A program made the translations under genes and the position numbers. A stretch of DNA of 64,000 nt, from IMG/VR virus record IMGVR_UViG_3300036770_008730. One strand, written 5' to 3'. The notes beneath the pieces were generated by a model. The model ran no database searches. It was not told where the DNA came from and worked only from the letters and a program-made list of their open reading frames with translations. Every line of letters starts with the position of its first letter. The first letter of the stretch is position 1. Below, piece after piece: positions 28,569 through 39,198 of this stretch. The DNA comes from a virus (Duplodnaviria > Caudoviricetes).

Positions 28569-31262
28569 ATGGCATCTACACCACTTTATAAAAAAATTAA
28601 ATCCAACGGAACAACATTTTATGCTTTTCCTGGTGCGTCGGAAGACATCTCATCAGCTTATCAGAATAGTAACTACAAAATGTATTTTTCAAAATATATT
28701 TTGTTGAATCTTCCTAAGCAGAACTTAAATGCAGGAACTCAATCAAATCCTATATACTTTGATTTTGATAATTCTTTTGCTAAATCATCTGTTGCTCAAG
28801 CAGCATCTAATTATCAAGATGCTATAGTAGAGTCTCTTAGAAATTATGTAGCAAATCAAGAAGTGGTCATTCGTGAATCAAGATTAAACAATACTGATTA
28901 TTATTATGATACAAATGTTTTAGAAACATCTTCTGAGAAAATATTCTGGAAATGGTGTAAAAAATTAAACATAATTCAATTTGAACCATCTATTCCAGAT
29001 GATGAGTATTTTCCAAATTTACCTGAGTTTGGTTCTAAAAATATAAATGATGATGAATTCTTTCCTGAGATTCTTTGGAAAGAAAGAGAAGTCATTTCCT
29101 ATGATACACTTTATTATTATGAGTCCGGTGAGGTTGGATATTCTTCTAAGTTAGAAGTTGAATTTTCCGGTGTTACTAATTTTAAAGTTGGTGATACGGT
29201 AAATATATTTAATGTATCGAACTCTACCATAACCGCCAATTCAAGTTCTCCAGTGTCTTTAGCTGAAGCAGGAACTGAACAAGGTTACAATACGAAAATT
29301 TTGAAAATAATACCATCTGGTGCTACTCAAGGACAGAGAATTATATTTGATATCGAATCTTATTTACCAAAAAATTCAGAATTTGATGGTCAAGCAAAGT
29401 TAGTATATCACAGATTAGTTCAATATATAGGTGAGGTTAATGGTATTAGTAATGTTGCAGAGGCTAACAGGTCATATACTGAAGTTTATGCTCATATTCC
29501 TGACCATACTGGAATGACTCCTGATATTTTATTTCGAACAAAATATGATGTTAATTATCGACCCAATTTAACTTTCCCGATTATACCTGGACAATATCAA
29601 CCAGAAATTGTCGGAGCTGAAAATTTTAATTTTCCTATAGTTTCCACACCACAAGATTATCCTGGTTCATATTTTGGACAATTTGATACATTAGACTTTA
29701 CCTATGAGACATCAACTGGTGATGAAATAAGAAGAAGTGGTGATTATTTTGGTGTTACTGGTGATACTAATGTTCCAATAACTTACGCTACTGATCTTGA
29801 TGGATTGACTGTTGATTTCAATCCTAGTCATTATGTGAAAATGAATATTTTTAATAGAGAAGTTACAAATTTTGATCAGTTTAATGCACAAGAGGTTAAT
29901 AATGAACCACCTCGTGATTTCGAATTTAATGCCATATTATGGTATTATACTGTTGAAAATATAAACGGTCAATCTACTACTAATTTATATGGTATAACAT
30001 TTTTAGATAATCCAGATAACAATTTGATACCTGAAGAAGTGGGTTTAAGATTTCCAACATATAAGAAGTTAGTATCAAATGGTCAGCAGGATGGAACATC
30101 TTTTGCTTTTAGTTTGATGTTGAACTTTAATATTATTAATGATAACGTTCAAGATTCTTATAATCCAGAAGCTATAAATTCACTATTCTCAATGAATTTA
30201 TTCAATAATGCTATGTCAAGATTGGCATCTTTGAATGATAGCTTTTTGAATATTCTAGCTGAAAATGGGGCTCTAAGAGATGAGATTTTAAACATAAAAA
30301 GCTTATTATATACTCAGAACGATTTGAACACTATTAACACAAAGATAGCTAGTCTTGAAAATCTGTTAAAATTATACTCAACGAATCAAATTGTGAGTAG
30401 TCCAACAGTAGAAGTTTCTACTTCTTTTGGGAGTCCACCTCAAATACAATTAAATTCTATAGATACTGCTTATAGTAAAATAGACACATTATTAACTTCT
30501 CAAATGTATAATAATGTAGGTGTGATACCTATTAATGTTTCTGTTCCATTAAATAAAAGTTTTCTTGTTTCAGTTATAAATAATGATGAGGTTGAGGTAC
30601 AGTTTGCTCAACCAGAAAATCTTACAATTATATTAGATAGAGAATTAGATATAAATCAAACCTGTGAATTTTTAATTACGGCTAGTGAGTTTTCTTCTCA
30701 AAATAAAAAAATTGATATTTTAGTTAGAAATTCATTAAATGGTCAATTAACTGAGACTCTAATCTTAGGAGATATAGATTTACCAGTATTTTACAATACA
30801 ACAACTCAATTAGCAAATTCATCATTTCTTTGGAAGGATTTCAATTTTGAAATTGATTTGACTCAGCCTATAAATTTGGATGGTAATTTATTACTTGAGG
30901 TTCCTTTTGCTGGAAACACTACTATTATTAATAACTCTATAAAAGTTGGTGATGTTTTATACTTGAATAACTTTTTTGTCGGAACTGTTTCTGTTTATGA
31001 TTTTTCTGGCCAGTATGAAGTGAACTCATCTATTGGGTCTACAAGCTCATACTTTAGATTTGATATAAGTTCTAATCCAGACTTTATTGCTTATGGTAGC
31101 TCAGCATCTCTTCCTTTACAATTACACGGCACATCTTCTACACTACTTTCAAATAATCCTTATTTCTCTCTTAACAAGGGTAAGAAAATAAAGCTTTATA
31201 GAGTTAGTAGTTCAAATATATTCAGTGAAAGATACAGGATTGAAACTCAAGATATAAATTAG
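28569..31262 (+). CDS. Putative virion structural (baseplate/tail) protein
   Basis: 897 aa, central coiled coil, beta-rich; AATATATA box upstream; structural gene cluster. Confidence 0.55.
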   Translation: MASTPLYKKIKSNGTTFYAFPGASEDISSAYQNSNYKMYFSKYILLNLPKQNLNAGTQSNPIYFDFDNSFAKSSVAQAASNYQDAIVESLRNYVANQEVVIRESRLNNTDYYYDTNVLETSSEKIFWKWCKKLNIIQFEPSIPDDEYFPNLPEFGSKNINDDEFFPEILWKEREVISYDTLYYYESGEVGYSSKLEVEFSGVTNFKVGDTVNIFNVSNSTITANSSSPVSLAEAGTEQGYNTKILKIIPSGATQGQRIIFDIESYLPKNSEFDGQAKLVYHRLVQYIGEVNGISNVAEANRSYTEVYAHIPDHTGMTPDILFRTKYDVNYRPNLTFPIIPGQYQPEIVGAENFNFPIVSTPQDYPGSYFGQFDTLDFTYETSTGDEIRRSGDYFGVTGDTNVPITYATDLDGLTVDFNPSHYVKMNIFNREVTNFDQFNAQEVNNEPPRDFEFNAILWYYTVENINGQSTTNLYGITFLDNPDNNLIPEEVGLRFPTYKKLVSNGQQDGTSFAFSLMLNFNIINDNVQDSYNPEAINSLFSMNLFNNAMSRLASLNDSFLNILAENGALRDEILNIKSLLYTQNDLNTINTKIASLENLLKLYSTNQIVSSPTVEVSTSFGSPPQIQLNSIDTAYSKIDTLLTSQMYNNVGVIPINVSVPLNKSFLVSVINNDEVEVQFAQPENLTIILDRELDINQTCEFLITASEFSSQNKKIDILVRNSLNGQLTETLILGDIDLPVFYNTTTQLANSSFLWKDFNFEIDLTQPINLDGNLLLEVPFAGNTTIINNSIKVGDVLYLNNFFVGTVSVYDFSGQYEVNSSIGSTSSYFRFDISSNPDFIAYGSSASLPLQLHGTSSTLLSNNPYFSLNKGKKIKLYRVSSSNIFSERYRIETQDIN

Positions 31263-31305
31263 TTTATTAATTTTAATATATATGTTAAAATTAAAAACTT
31301 AAATT

Positions 31306-32457
31306 ATGTCTGTTTGTGGTGCATCGCTTTTTGGAAATACAAGTCAATATATTAAAATTAATAATGGAGACTTTATAGCTATCCAAGGTTCAGATACGAG
31401 AGAAAGGCTTATAACTTCTGATTTAAGAATGCCTTACAAACAAATTCTTAAAAGTAGAGTTATTCTAAAACCTGGTCAAATTAACTATCTTCTAAATCAT
31501 TTAGGTCTGGGTGATAATGCTACATTTTTAGCTCTAAGAGCTACTTACGACCCTAAATCGGTAATAGCTGAAGACAATTATATCAGTTGGTCTTATTATG
31601 ATGACTTAACAAGAATAAACAATTTTGCACAATTATTGGTATTGACTGGTAATTCTGCAAAAAGAATACCTCAATTATATCTTACCAATCCTAATACAAA
31701 ATATCAAGTTTTAATTGATGTTATGGTCGCATCAATAGATGATACGTACTCTATATTTACTGACACTTTGAATCAATCAGGTACTTCTTTTGTTGGATTA
31801 GAATATACAGATATTAAATCTTATGTAGTTGGAGAGTCAATAGTTTTCTTTGACAAAAGTTCTCCTAAGCGCCCTTTGATATATGTTGATTTGACAAATA
31901 TAGATGCAATTACTAAAAATGGAAGTATATTAGTTATAGATGATGGAACTCTTGGAACTTTATTTTTTCAATTCAAAACAGAATATGATGCTAATCAAGC
32001 CAATTCTTTATTAAATTATGTTTTAGTAAATCCAAATGTAGATATAGATAGTCTTTCTCCTTTAGCTGATGATGAGGTTCCTGTAATTAATTTCAATTCT
32101 ACATCAGGTATTGGTGGTGATTACATCTCATTTAATGGTGCTACCTCCGGTGTTCCATACAATACATCTGTTGGATTCACATTTTCGACTTCTATTTCTC
32201 TTTCAACATTTGGAACTGTATCAGGTCCAAATACTGTTATAGATAAACAAAAATTGATAGATTTAATAATTGCATCAGCTTCTGATAATAGAGATGGAAT
32301 CATATTGGTTCAACCTTCAAATTTAATACTAAGTGGCACATCTGGTGTTGTGAATACAATAATACAAACAGGAAGTTATTCATTAACTTTTGATATTAAA
32401 GATATTGCACAAAATAATATGACTGGTTATATTTTGAATTTAGATATTATTTCTTAA
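31306..32457 (+). CDS. Putative virion structural protein
   Basis: Beta-rich 383 aa; AATATATA box upstream; precedes the fibre genes. Confidence 0.5.
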   Translation: MSVCGASLFGNTSQYIKINNGDFIAIQGSDTRERLITSDLRMPYKQILKSRVILKPGQINYLLNHLGLGDNATFLALRATYDPKSVIAEDNYISWSYYDDLTRINNFAQLLVLTGNSAKRIPQLYLTNPNTKYQVLIDVMVASIDDTYSIFTDTLNQSGTSFVGLEYTDIKSYVVGESIVFFDKSSPKRPLIYVDLTNIDAITKNGSILVIDDGTLGTLFFQFKTEYDANQANSLLNYVLVNPNVDIDSLSPLADDEVPVINFNSTSGIGGDYISFNGATSGVPYNTSVGFTFSTSISLSTFGTVSGPNTVIDKQKLIDLIIASASDNRDGIILVQPSNLILSGTSGVVNTIIQTGSYSLTFDIKDIAQNNMTGYILNLDIIS

Positions 32458-32473
32458 AAAAATAAAAAAATAG

Positions 32474-34981
32474 ATGAGTTTTAGTCACGATAAATTTCTT
32501 AAACCGATTACCTCAAAAGATAGGTATATTCAAATTTTAGATGATAATGGGGTTACCAAACATCTAATTAATCCATTTTCCATTATTAATGTAATGGTTT
32601 CAAATAATCTTTTGAGAATAAATCTTAGGGAGAATAAATTTATATCTATATTATTTAATTCGATAAACGAGTCTAAGCTTGCATTAGTCAATATACAAAT
32701 TCAAATTGAACAACTTACTACTAAAGTTCCTTTTAATATAGAGAAATCTGTTGAAAATTATATACTCGATAAAACTAATATAAATTATGGAAATGGTTTA
32801 AGTTTAACAGGAGCGACATTAAGTGTTGGTGGTGATCTTACAGATACATTATATATAAATGGTCAGTATAATAATTTAATTGGCGTTGGATTTGATATTA
32901 TATCTTTCACATCATCTGTTTTTGATGTTGTTTCAGATTTTATAAGTTTAGATTCCATTGATAATATTCAGATTTTGGCACAAAATGATCTTGTGATAGA
33001 TGCTGGACAAGTTATTTCTATAAGTGGTAGTAGTTCTTTAGTATCTATAAGTGATGGAAGAGGGTTGGTATATCAGTCAGATTATTCTTCTAGTTTCGTT
33101 ACTCAGTCAATTGTAGATAAATTATATGTTGATAATAAAGTAACTAATATATCCGAAATAAATAGCACAACTTTTAGTATAAATTCTGCAAATACGATAG
33201 TAGATGGCCATATTTTACCATCTCTAAATCTTACTTACGATTTAGGTTCAACTTCATCACAATGGAGAAGTTTACATGTTGGTTCTGGTTCTATTTATAT
33301 AGGTGGTGTAACATTGTCTAGTTCTGGTGATAGTTTAGTTGTTAATAGCATATCTGTCGGTGGTCCAGATTCTAATTTAGTTATTTCATCTGGTAATAAT
33401 AATCTTAATGTTTCTGGAGACTTGGTTGTTGATGGTAATATGACAGTAAATGGCACTACATCAACAATAAATACTGAAAATCTTATAGTAAAAGATGCAC
33501 TTATTTTATTAGCCTCTGATCAATCAGGAACACCGACATTGGATAGTGGTATTCTTATAAATAGAGGAACTGGATTGACCCAAGGGTTCGTCTGGGATGA
33601 ATCAGAAGGTCATTTTGCTTTATTATCAACAGAACAGTCATCTTTACTTGAACAAGAGATTCTAATTTCCTCATATTCAGATTTAAAGTTGAATAACTTA
33701 AAATCTCAGACAATTCAAATAACAGAGGGAGCTCAAAGTGATTATATTTTAATATCCGATGTTGATGGAAATGCTAGTTGGACGGCATCGATACCAGGAA
33801 CTTCCGGTACATCCGGTTCTAGTGGTAGTTCTGGGACATCTGGTTCTAGTGGTAGTTCTGGAACATCCGGTTCTAGTGGTAGTTCTGGAACATCCGGTTC
33901 TAGTGGTAGTTCTGGGACATCTGGTTCTAGTGGTAGTTCTGGGACATCCGGTTCTAGTGGTAGTTCTGGAACATCCGGTTCTAGTGGTAGTTCTGGTGCT
34001 AATGGTACATCTGGCACATCAGGTATCGGTACAAACGGCACATCTGGTACTTCAGGTATTGGTACAAATGGTACATCTGGAACTTCTGGAATAACTCCTA
34101 TTACTGCAGCGGTTAACTATAGCCAAAATAAAGGTATCAAAGTTACTGTACCAAGTGGAGCTTCTTTACCTTATACTATTATATCTACATCAATAACTAC
34201 TAATGGTGGTCCTGTGCAAGTCATTGTTAGTGGTGATGCCAACCCCGCATCACCTGGATGGGGTAGAATATCTATTTATAGGGATAGTACAGAAATTGGA
34301 CAAAGAGTTCAGTTTGAATCTGATGGTGGGAATGAAAACAATCCATATTGTTTACAAGTTATAGATACGCCATCGAGCGGAACCTACACATATAGTTTAA
34401 AATTAACAAATCAAAGTGCAACTAATGTTGACTTTGGTGAAGATCAAGGACCTATTATTTCAGTAATTGAATTACAGAATGTAATTGGGGCGACCGGTGT
34501 TACTGGAAGTACCGGAGTCGCTGGGACCTCGGGAACCAGTGGAACAACTCCGACCACAAGTCTATCCTTATCAGAGAACTTAACAGTCAGTGGAACTTCA
34601 TCTTTCAATGGACTAACTGTTTTACAAGAGGTTATAGAGGTTATAAATTCAACTCCTGGGGCTACCGCATCTACAGTTTTTTATGACTTTACTACTGGTT
34701 CTAACTGGTATCACTCCTCCGCTACTACAAACTATACGGCTAACTTTACAAATGTACCTACAACAGATAATAGAGCTATTACAGCCACAATTATTATAAA
34801 TCAAGGATCAACAGCCTATATACCAACTTCTGTTCAGATAAACAGTGTTTCACAAACAATTAAATGGTCTGGTGGTACTGCTTCAGGTAATGCTAATCAA
34901 GTTGATATAGTTGGATTCACATTTATCAGAAGTGGTGGTTCTTGGGCACAAGTCTTAGGACAAATAAACACTTTTGATTAA
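32474..34981 (+). CDS. Tail fibre-like protein with Gly-X-Y (G/S/T) collagen-like stalk
   Basis: TINTENLIVKD..I.L / DSGILINRG / FVWDES fibre motifs; GTSGSSGSS repeats. Confidence 0.7.
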   Translation: MSFSHDKFLKPITSKDRYIQILDDNGVTKHLINPFSIINVMVSNNLLRINLRENKFISILFNSINESKLALVNIQIQIEQLTTKVPFNIEKSVENYILDKTNINYGNGLSLTGATLSVGGDLTDTLYINGQYNNLIGVGFDIISFTSSVFDVVSDFISLDSIDNIQILAQNDLVIDAGQVISISGSSSLVSISDGRGLVYQSDYSSSFVTQSIVDKLYVDNKVTNISEINSTTFSINSANTIVDGHILPSLNLTYDLGSTSSQWRSLHVGSGSIYIGGVTLSSSGDSLVVNSISVGGPDSNLVISSGNNNLNVSGDLVVDGNMTVNGTTSTINTENLIVKDALILLASDQSGTPTLDSGILINRGTGLTQGFVWDESEGHFALLSTEQSSLLEQEILISSYSDLKLNNLKSQTIQITEGAQSDYILISDVDGNASWTASIPGTSGTSGSSGSSGTSGSSGSSGTSGSSGSSGTSGSSGSSGTSGSSGSSGTSGSSGSSGTSGSSGSSGANGTSGTSGIGTNGTSGTSGIGTNGTSGTSGITPITAAVNYSQNKGIKVTVPSGASLPYTIISTSITTNGGPVQVIVSGDANPASPGWGRISIYRDSTEIGQRVQFESDGGNENNPYCLQVIDTPSSGTYTYSLKLTNQSATNVDFGEDQGPIISVIELQNVIGATGVTGSTGVAGTSGTSGTTPTTSLSLSENLTVSGTSSFNGLTVLQEVIEVINSTPGATASTVFYDFTTGSNWYHSSATTNYTANFTNVPTTDNRAITATIIINQGSTAYIPTSVQINSVSQTIKWSGGTASGNANQVDIVGFTFIRSGGSWAQVLGQINTFD
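33806..33994 (+). repeat. Coding tandem repeat, 7 x 27 nt (GTSGSSGSS)
   Basis: GGNACATCYGGTTCTAGTGGTAGTTCT counted seven times, followed by GTNGTSGTSGI variants. Confidence 0.95.
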
Positions 34982-37028
34982 TATGTTAAGTAGGTTATCT
35001 TCTTTTTCTGGTCCTAAGTCTGTTTTATTCAAAATACCTGGTGGGTTTACACTTTCTGGATTAATATTGAGATATCTTATATCAGACACTGATTCATATT
35101 CGGGAACAACTACGGTAACTGACTTAAAGAGTAATTCGAACGCAACACTTAGCGGTGGTCCTACTTTTTCAGGTAATGGATATTTAAATTTTGATGGTGT
35201 AAATGATTATTTACTTACAAGTACATCACTTGATCCTGTTTTATCACCTGTTAATACATCCACTATAATTTCTTATTTTCTTTGGATTTACCCACAGGAT
35301 AATGGTGTCATAGTTAATGAGTTAGGATCATCGAGTATATTAGCAGGATGGCATGATGCACAGATTGAAATGGTTTCGGGAACTCTTAGATTTGCTGTTT
35401 GGCCTCACTTAGGAGGTTACATTACATCTTCTGTATTAACTCCGTTAAACAATTGGTATTATGTTGGGTTAACATATGATGGCTCGACATTAAGAGCATG
35501 GGTAAATTCACAATTAGCAGGAAGTCTTACAATTACAAGACAATCACCCAATAGTGGTGGTGCTGATTTATTTTATGGAATTGCAGTAGCTGATACTACT
35601 AATTTAGGGGATGGCTCATATGCCAAAATGAAATTTGGTGATTTTCATGTTTACAACATTGCTTTATCATCCCAACAAATTCTTAATAATTACAATGCTA
35701 CTAGAAATAATTATATCTTTACAACTGGTATGTTAATCTGGATAGATGCAAATGATCCTCAAAGTTTTTCAGGCGGTTCAATTAGTGATTTAAGTGGTAA
35801 TAATTACACACATACTTTAGCATCAGGTGCTACCTCATCTAATGTTTATGGATTCAAATCATTTAATTGCACAGCTGTTTCAAATAGCTCTATCAGAGTA
35901 AATGGCACAGGACCGACACTTTCTACAACCGGATACACTTATGTGACCTGGGCAAGAATAAAGTCCGATTCTTCTACATATAGAACTCTTTTTAGAAGTG
36001 CTCCTAATGACCATGCTATTTTAGTTGATATAAATACAGATAATTTAGGATTCTGGGATAATGACTCTGGTGTTTCAGGGTTCAAAGATTCTGGGTATGA
36101 TGTTACTTCAATCGAGGAAAAATGGGTTCAATATTCTGTTGTTGGTGATTCTTCAAGTAGTATATTTTATATAAATGATGTACAAGTTGGTTCTGTTTCT
36201 TTTGGTGCAGGTGGTAATAAGCATGATTATTTTGGATCAATTGATGGCCAACCTTTTGGATATGTTGGAAACATGATGTTATATAATAGAAAGTTAACAC
36301 AGACTGAGATTAAACAAAATTATGATGCTCTTAAAAATGTTTATGCTAATGGTGATTTTGTAAGCAATAATTTGATACTATATTATAATCCGGCTAGTTA
36401 TTTAAGCTATTCTGGTTCTGGAACGAATGTATCAAACTTATCATCTAATTCACTAAACGGCACTTTATCAAATGTTACTTTTGGAAAAACATACTTTACT
36501 TTCAATGGATCCAATTCTCAAATTACTATTAATGATAATAGTTTGTTAGAACCCGGATCTGGCGATTGGACTATGGAGGTTTGGATTAAACCTACATCTC
36601 TCTCAGCACCCGGACAAGTAGTTTTGGGTAAGTTTGATCCTGGTGGACTTTCAGCTGATATTTCTTATGCTATAAGAATTTCTAGTAGTAATGTTAGAGC
36701 TGATTTTAGTAATGGTACAAGCGCAGTAGTTACATCCAATTATACTCTTACCTTAAATACATGGACACATTTAGTTTATGTATTCAATAATGTTGCAAAT
36801 AATAATATAATAACATATGTAAATGGTGTCTCTTACAGTACAACAACTCATAGTTTTGCTAGTATATTAAATACATCAGCTAACCTTTATTTAGGTTCAT
36901 ATAATGGTGGAGAATATTCTCAATATTTTACTGGTCAGATGGGAATAGTAAGATTATATAATTCTGCTTTAAGTGCCTCTGATGTTTCTAAAAACTTTGA
37001 GGCAAATAGATTAATTTACGGTATTTGA
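34974..37028 (+). CDS. LamG/concanavalin-A-like domain protein (receptor-binding or decoration)
   Basis: Three tandem units: FDGVND...WYYVGLTYDG, WVQYSVV, WTHLVYVF...LYNSALS. Confidence 0.8.
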   Translation: MINMLSRLSSFSGPKSVLFKIPGGFTLSGLILRYLISDTDSYSGTTTVTDLKSNSNATLSGGPTFSGNGYLNFDGVNDYLLTSTSLDPVLSPVNTSTIISYFLWIYPQDNGVIVNELGSSSILAGWHDAQIEMVSGTLRFAVWPHLGGYITSSVLTPLNNWYYVGLTYDGSTLRAWVNSQLAGSLTITRQSPNSGGADLFYGIAVADTTNLGDGSYAKMKFGDFHVYNIALSSQQILNNYNATRNNYIFTTGMLIWIDANDPQSFSGGSISDLSGNNYTHTLASGATSSNVYGFKSFNCTAVSNSSIRVNGTGPTLSTTGYTYVTWARIKSDSSTYRTLFRSAPNDHAILVDINTDNLGFWDNDSGVSGFKDSGYDVTSIEEKWVQYSVVGDSSSSIFYINDVQVGSVSFGAGGNKHDYFGSIDGQPFGYVGNMMLYNRKLTQTEIKQNYDALKNVYANGDFVSNNLILYYNPASYLSYSGSGTNVSNLSSNSLNGTLSNVTFGKTYFTFNGSNSQITINDNSLLEPGSGDWTMEVWIKPTSLSAPGQVVLGKFDPGGLSADISYAIRISSSNVRADFSNGTSAVVTSNYTLTLNTWTHLVYVFNNVANNNIITYVNGVSYSTTTHSFASILNTSANLYLGSYNGGEYSQYFTGQMGIVRLYNSALSASDVSKNFEANRLIYGI

Positions 37029-37145
37029 TACATTTAATTAATTTTTATTCTTTTTTATTTTTAATATATAGTTTATCAAAAATTATTAACCACTATGAGT
37101 AAAATTTGGGTAAGAATTGCCTGGGATGGTACTGCATGGTAATTT

Positions 37146-37153
37146 AATATATA
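37146..37153 (+). promoter_or_regulatory. AATATATA box (putative phage late promoter; representative copy of about 20)
   Basis: Same octamer lies about 5-35 nt upstream of many start codons on both strands. Confidence 0.55.
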
Positions 37154-37157
37154 CACT

Positions 37158-38117
37158 ATGATTAAAAGATATCTTCAGTTTATAAAAGAAGGTCAAATAG
37201 AAGAATTCAATTCACTTGGTGAGTGGATTGAATCTTTATATAGTGATGATTATATCAAAAATTTAGTTGCTAGGTATACAAAGGAAATCGACCCTACAGT
37301 TAGACTGGCTAATGCAATTAACATTTTAGAGGACTTAGATAAAAAAGAATTAAAATCTCAAGTAGAATATTATCTAAAGAATGGTATTGAAGAAAAAGAA
37401 CCTAAATTTTTAATTTCTACTGATTTAGAACCTTTAACAGAATCAGAAATATCTGTAGCTGGTAAAGGTATATTTACTTCCTTTTTGAAATGTCTTACAA
37501 GCTTAGGACAGAAGGAAAAAGAACCAGATTGGAAAATGTGTCCTGATAACTTTTTACTATTCTACTATTTTCCACTTTTAGAATCTAATGTAGTAAAACA
37601 AATTTTTACAAGATTCAAATCTCTTTCTTATTATTTAGACTTAATTGATTATCAAAAAAATGAAACAAGTTTATATTTTGGTATTAGATGTGATGGTTTA
37701 TTTGAATATGGTTTGCATTATGAGACTTTCACACCAATAGGTCAATTCAAATTATCTAAATCAGTTATGAAATGGATATGTCAATTAGAATCTAAATCAG
37801 CATCATCTCTTAAAAAACAATTAGTTAATTTAACTTATGGAGATATAATAACTTTAGGTTCAATTAAAAATGATATGAAAATTTTTACACCTGGTTATCA
37901 CGAAAAGAAAATCACACCTTGTTTAAATGATAGAGTTATTAGTTTTGGTTATTATGGGTGTGGTAAATGGGATAATGGAAGATTAGACGAAGGAGAACTT
38001 AGTAATATAAAATCTAATTTTTCAACATTTGCTTTAAGTAGAAAATGGGGAGATAAGATACTAATAAGTATAAAACCAGAATCTTTCTGGATAAAAATAC
38101 ATATCAAATTGAAATGA
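37158..38117 (+). CDS. Hypothetical protein with MIKRYLQFIKE leader
   Basis: Leader motif; AATATATA box 5 nt upstream. Confidence 0.65.
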   Translation: MIKRYLQFIKEGQIEEFNSLGEWIESLYSDDYIKNLVARYTKEIDPTVRLANAINILEDLDKKELKSQVEYYLKNGIEEKEPKFLISTDLEPLTESEISVAGKGIFTSFLKCLTSLGQKEKEPDWKMCPDNFLLFYYFPLLESNVVKQIFTRFKSLSYYLDLIDYQKNETSLYFGIRCDGLFEYGLHYETFTPIGQFKLSKSVMKWICQLESKSASSLKKQLVNLTYGDIITLGSIKNDMKIFTPGYHEKKITPCLNDRVISFGYYGCGKWDNGRLDEGELSNIKSNFSTFALSRKWGDKILISIKPESFWIKIHIKLK

Positions 38118-38440
38118 GACTTATAAAAAAATTTGAAAATTATGCTCAAGATTTACCAGAGCAACTTCCATATAAAAGAGATGAGGAATCTGTAAATATT
38201 TTTCCAAAAGAAGAACTATCTGAAGAAATTCAATATGAGGAAGATGATGAATTTGTTATTACTAAAATTGTTGAAAATTTCCCATTTGATGAGGTAAAAT
38301 CAAGAATTGAAGATGAATCAGAAGATGATAAAGAAACAGTATTGTTAGATATGATTGTTTGGTTCAGAGATACCTTTGGTAAAGAAATTAAAAATGAAGA
38401 TTATATTCTCGATAGATTAAGAGAAGAATATAGTATTTAA
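38114..38440 (+). CDS. Acidic hypothetical protein with MRLIKKFE leader
   Basis: Leader motif; coupled to the previous ORF. Confidence 0.6.
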   Translation: MRLIKKFENYAQDLPEQLPYKRDEESVNIFPKEELSEEIQYEEDDEFVITKIVENFPFDEVKSRIEDESEDDKETVLLDMIVWFRDTFGKEIKNEDYILDRLREEYSI

Positions 38441-38490
38441 TAAACAACTGATGAAAACTTTTCTATAATAAAGAAAAGTTTTTTTGTTTT

Positions 38491-38991
38491 ATGAATAAAC
38501 CAAGTAAAGAAGATATAATAAACAAATGGTCATCTATTTTAGGACCTATGGGTATTACTGGATCTCAATTAGCTAATATATCTCAGTTAGTCGAAAATCA
38601 ATCAAATCACATTTTAGAAAATCAGTTAGAAAATGAAGAAGCTAGCATCGACTTTTCTTCTCTTCTACCAATTGCTATGAAAGTTGCTTCTAAAACAATC
38701 TCAAATGAATTAATATTTGCTTCTCAAGAAGAAATTGACCAAATTAAAAATAAAGTCCAATCTGAAAATCGTGATGGTAAAATTGAATCTATTGTTGAAG
38801 GTTCAGAGTTTACTGAAAAGAAATTAGAAGATGATGAAGAGTATAAAAAACTAATGAAGAAAGGAGTTTCACCTTTATCTGCTCCCTCTGGAGTATTACA
38901 TTATTTAGATTATACTTATAATGATAATTCAAAAACTAAAACACATAAGAAAACGAGAAGAGCTGGAAAAAAACATAAGAAAAATGGGTAA
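38491..38991 (+). CDS. Truncated major-capsid-protein-like (gp23 N-terminal) protein
   Basis: KWSSIL...LLPIAMKVASKTISNELI...VSPLSAPSGVLHYLDYTY; only 166 aa. Confidence 0.55.
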   Translation: MNKPSKEDIINKWSSILGPMGITGSQLANISQLVENQSNHILENQLENEEASIDFSSLLPIAMKVASKTISNELIFASQEEIDQIKNKVQSENRDGKIESIVEGSEFTEKKLEDDEEYKKLMKKGVSPLSAPSGVLHYLDYTYNDNSKTKTHKKTRRAGKKHKKNG

Positions 38992-39166
38992 ATTTGTGAG
39001 TCCTGGAGTTTATGTAAAAGAAGTTGATATCTCAACTTGGATAGTCTATAAAAATATTCAAAGAAAGAAAAAAATAGCGAAAATACTTGGAATTGATTAC
39101 TCTCCTAATGTGATTATAACTTCTACACCAAAAGGTGGTCTTGTTAACTTTCCTCAAATTTGGTAA
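38984..39166 (+). CDS. Mini-protein with tail-sheath N-terminal motif
   Basis: MGKFVSPGVYVKEVDIS; 60 aa from the ATG at 38984. Confidence 0.55.
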   Translation: MGKFVSPGVYVKEVDISTWIVYKNIQRKKKIAKILGIDYSPNVIITSTPKGGLVNFPQIW

Positions 39167-39198
39167 GAGAATCATGTTGAGTAGATATATACATTGTT

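Noticed and set aside
33806-33994. Possible CRISPR array
   Set aside because: Units are contiguous 27-mers with no unique spacers and vary only at codon third positions, so it is a coding repeat.
33742-34094. Antisense and alternate-frame ORFs with PELPLEPDV or VLVVVLEH repeats
   Set aside because: Shadows of the 27-nt GTSGSSGSS coding repeat.
38491-39166. Annotating these ORFs as the true major capsid and tail sheath genes, split by frameshifts or introns
   Set aside because: Both end in clean stops and are followed by an unrelated GIY-YIG gene; no downstream capsid or sheath sequence is visible in other frames.
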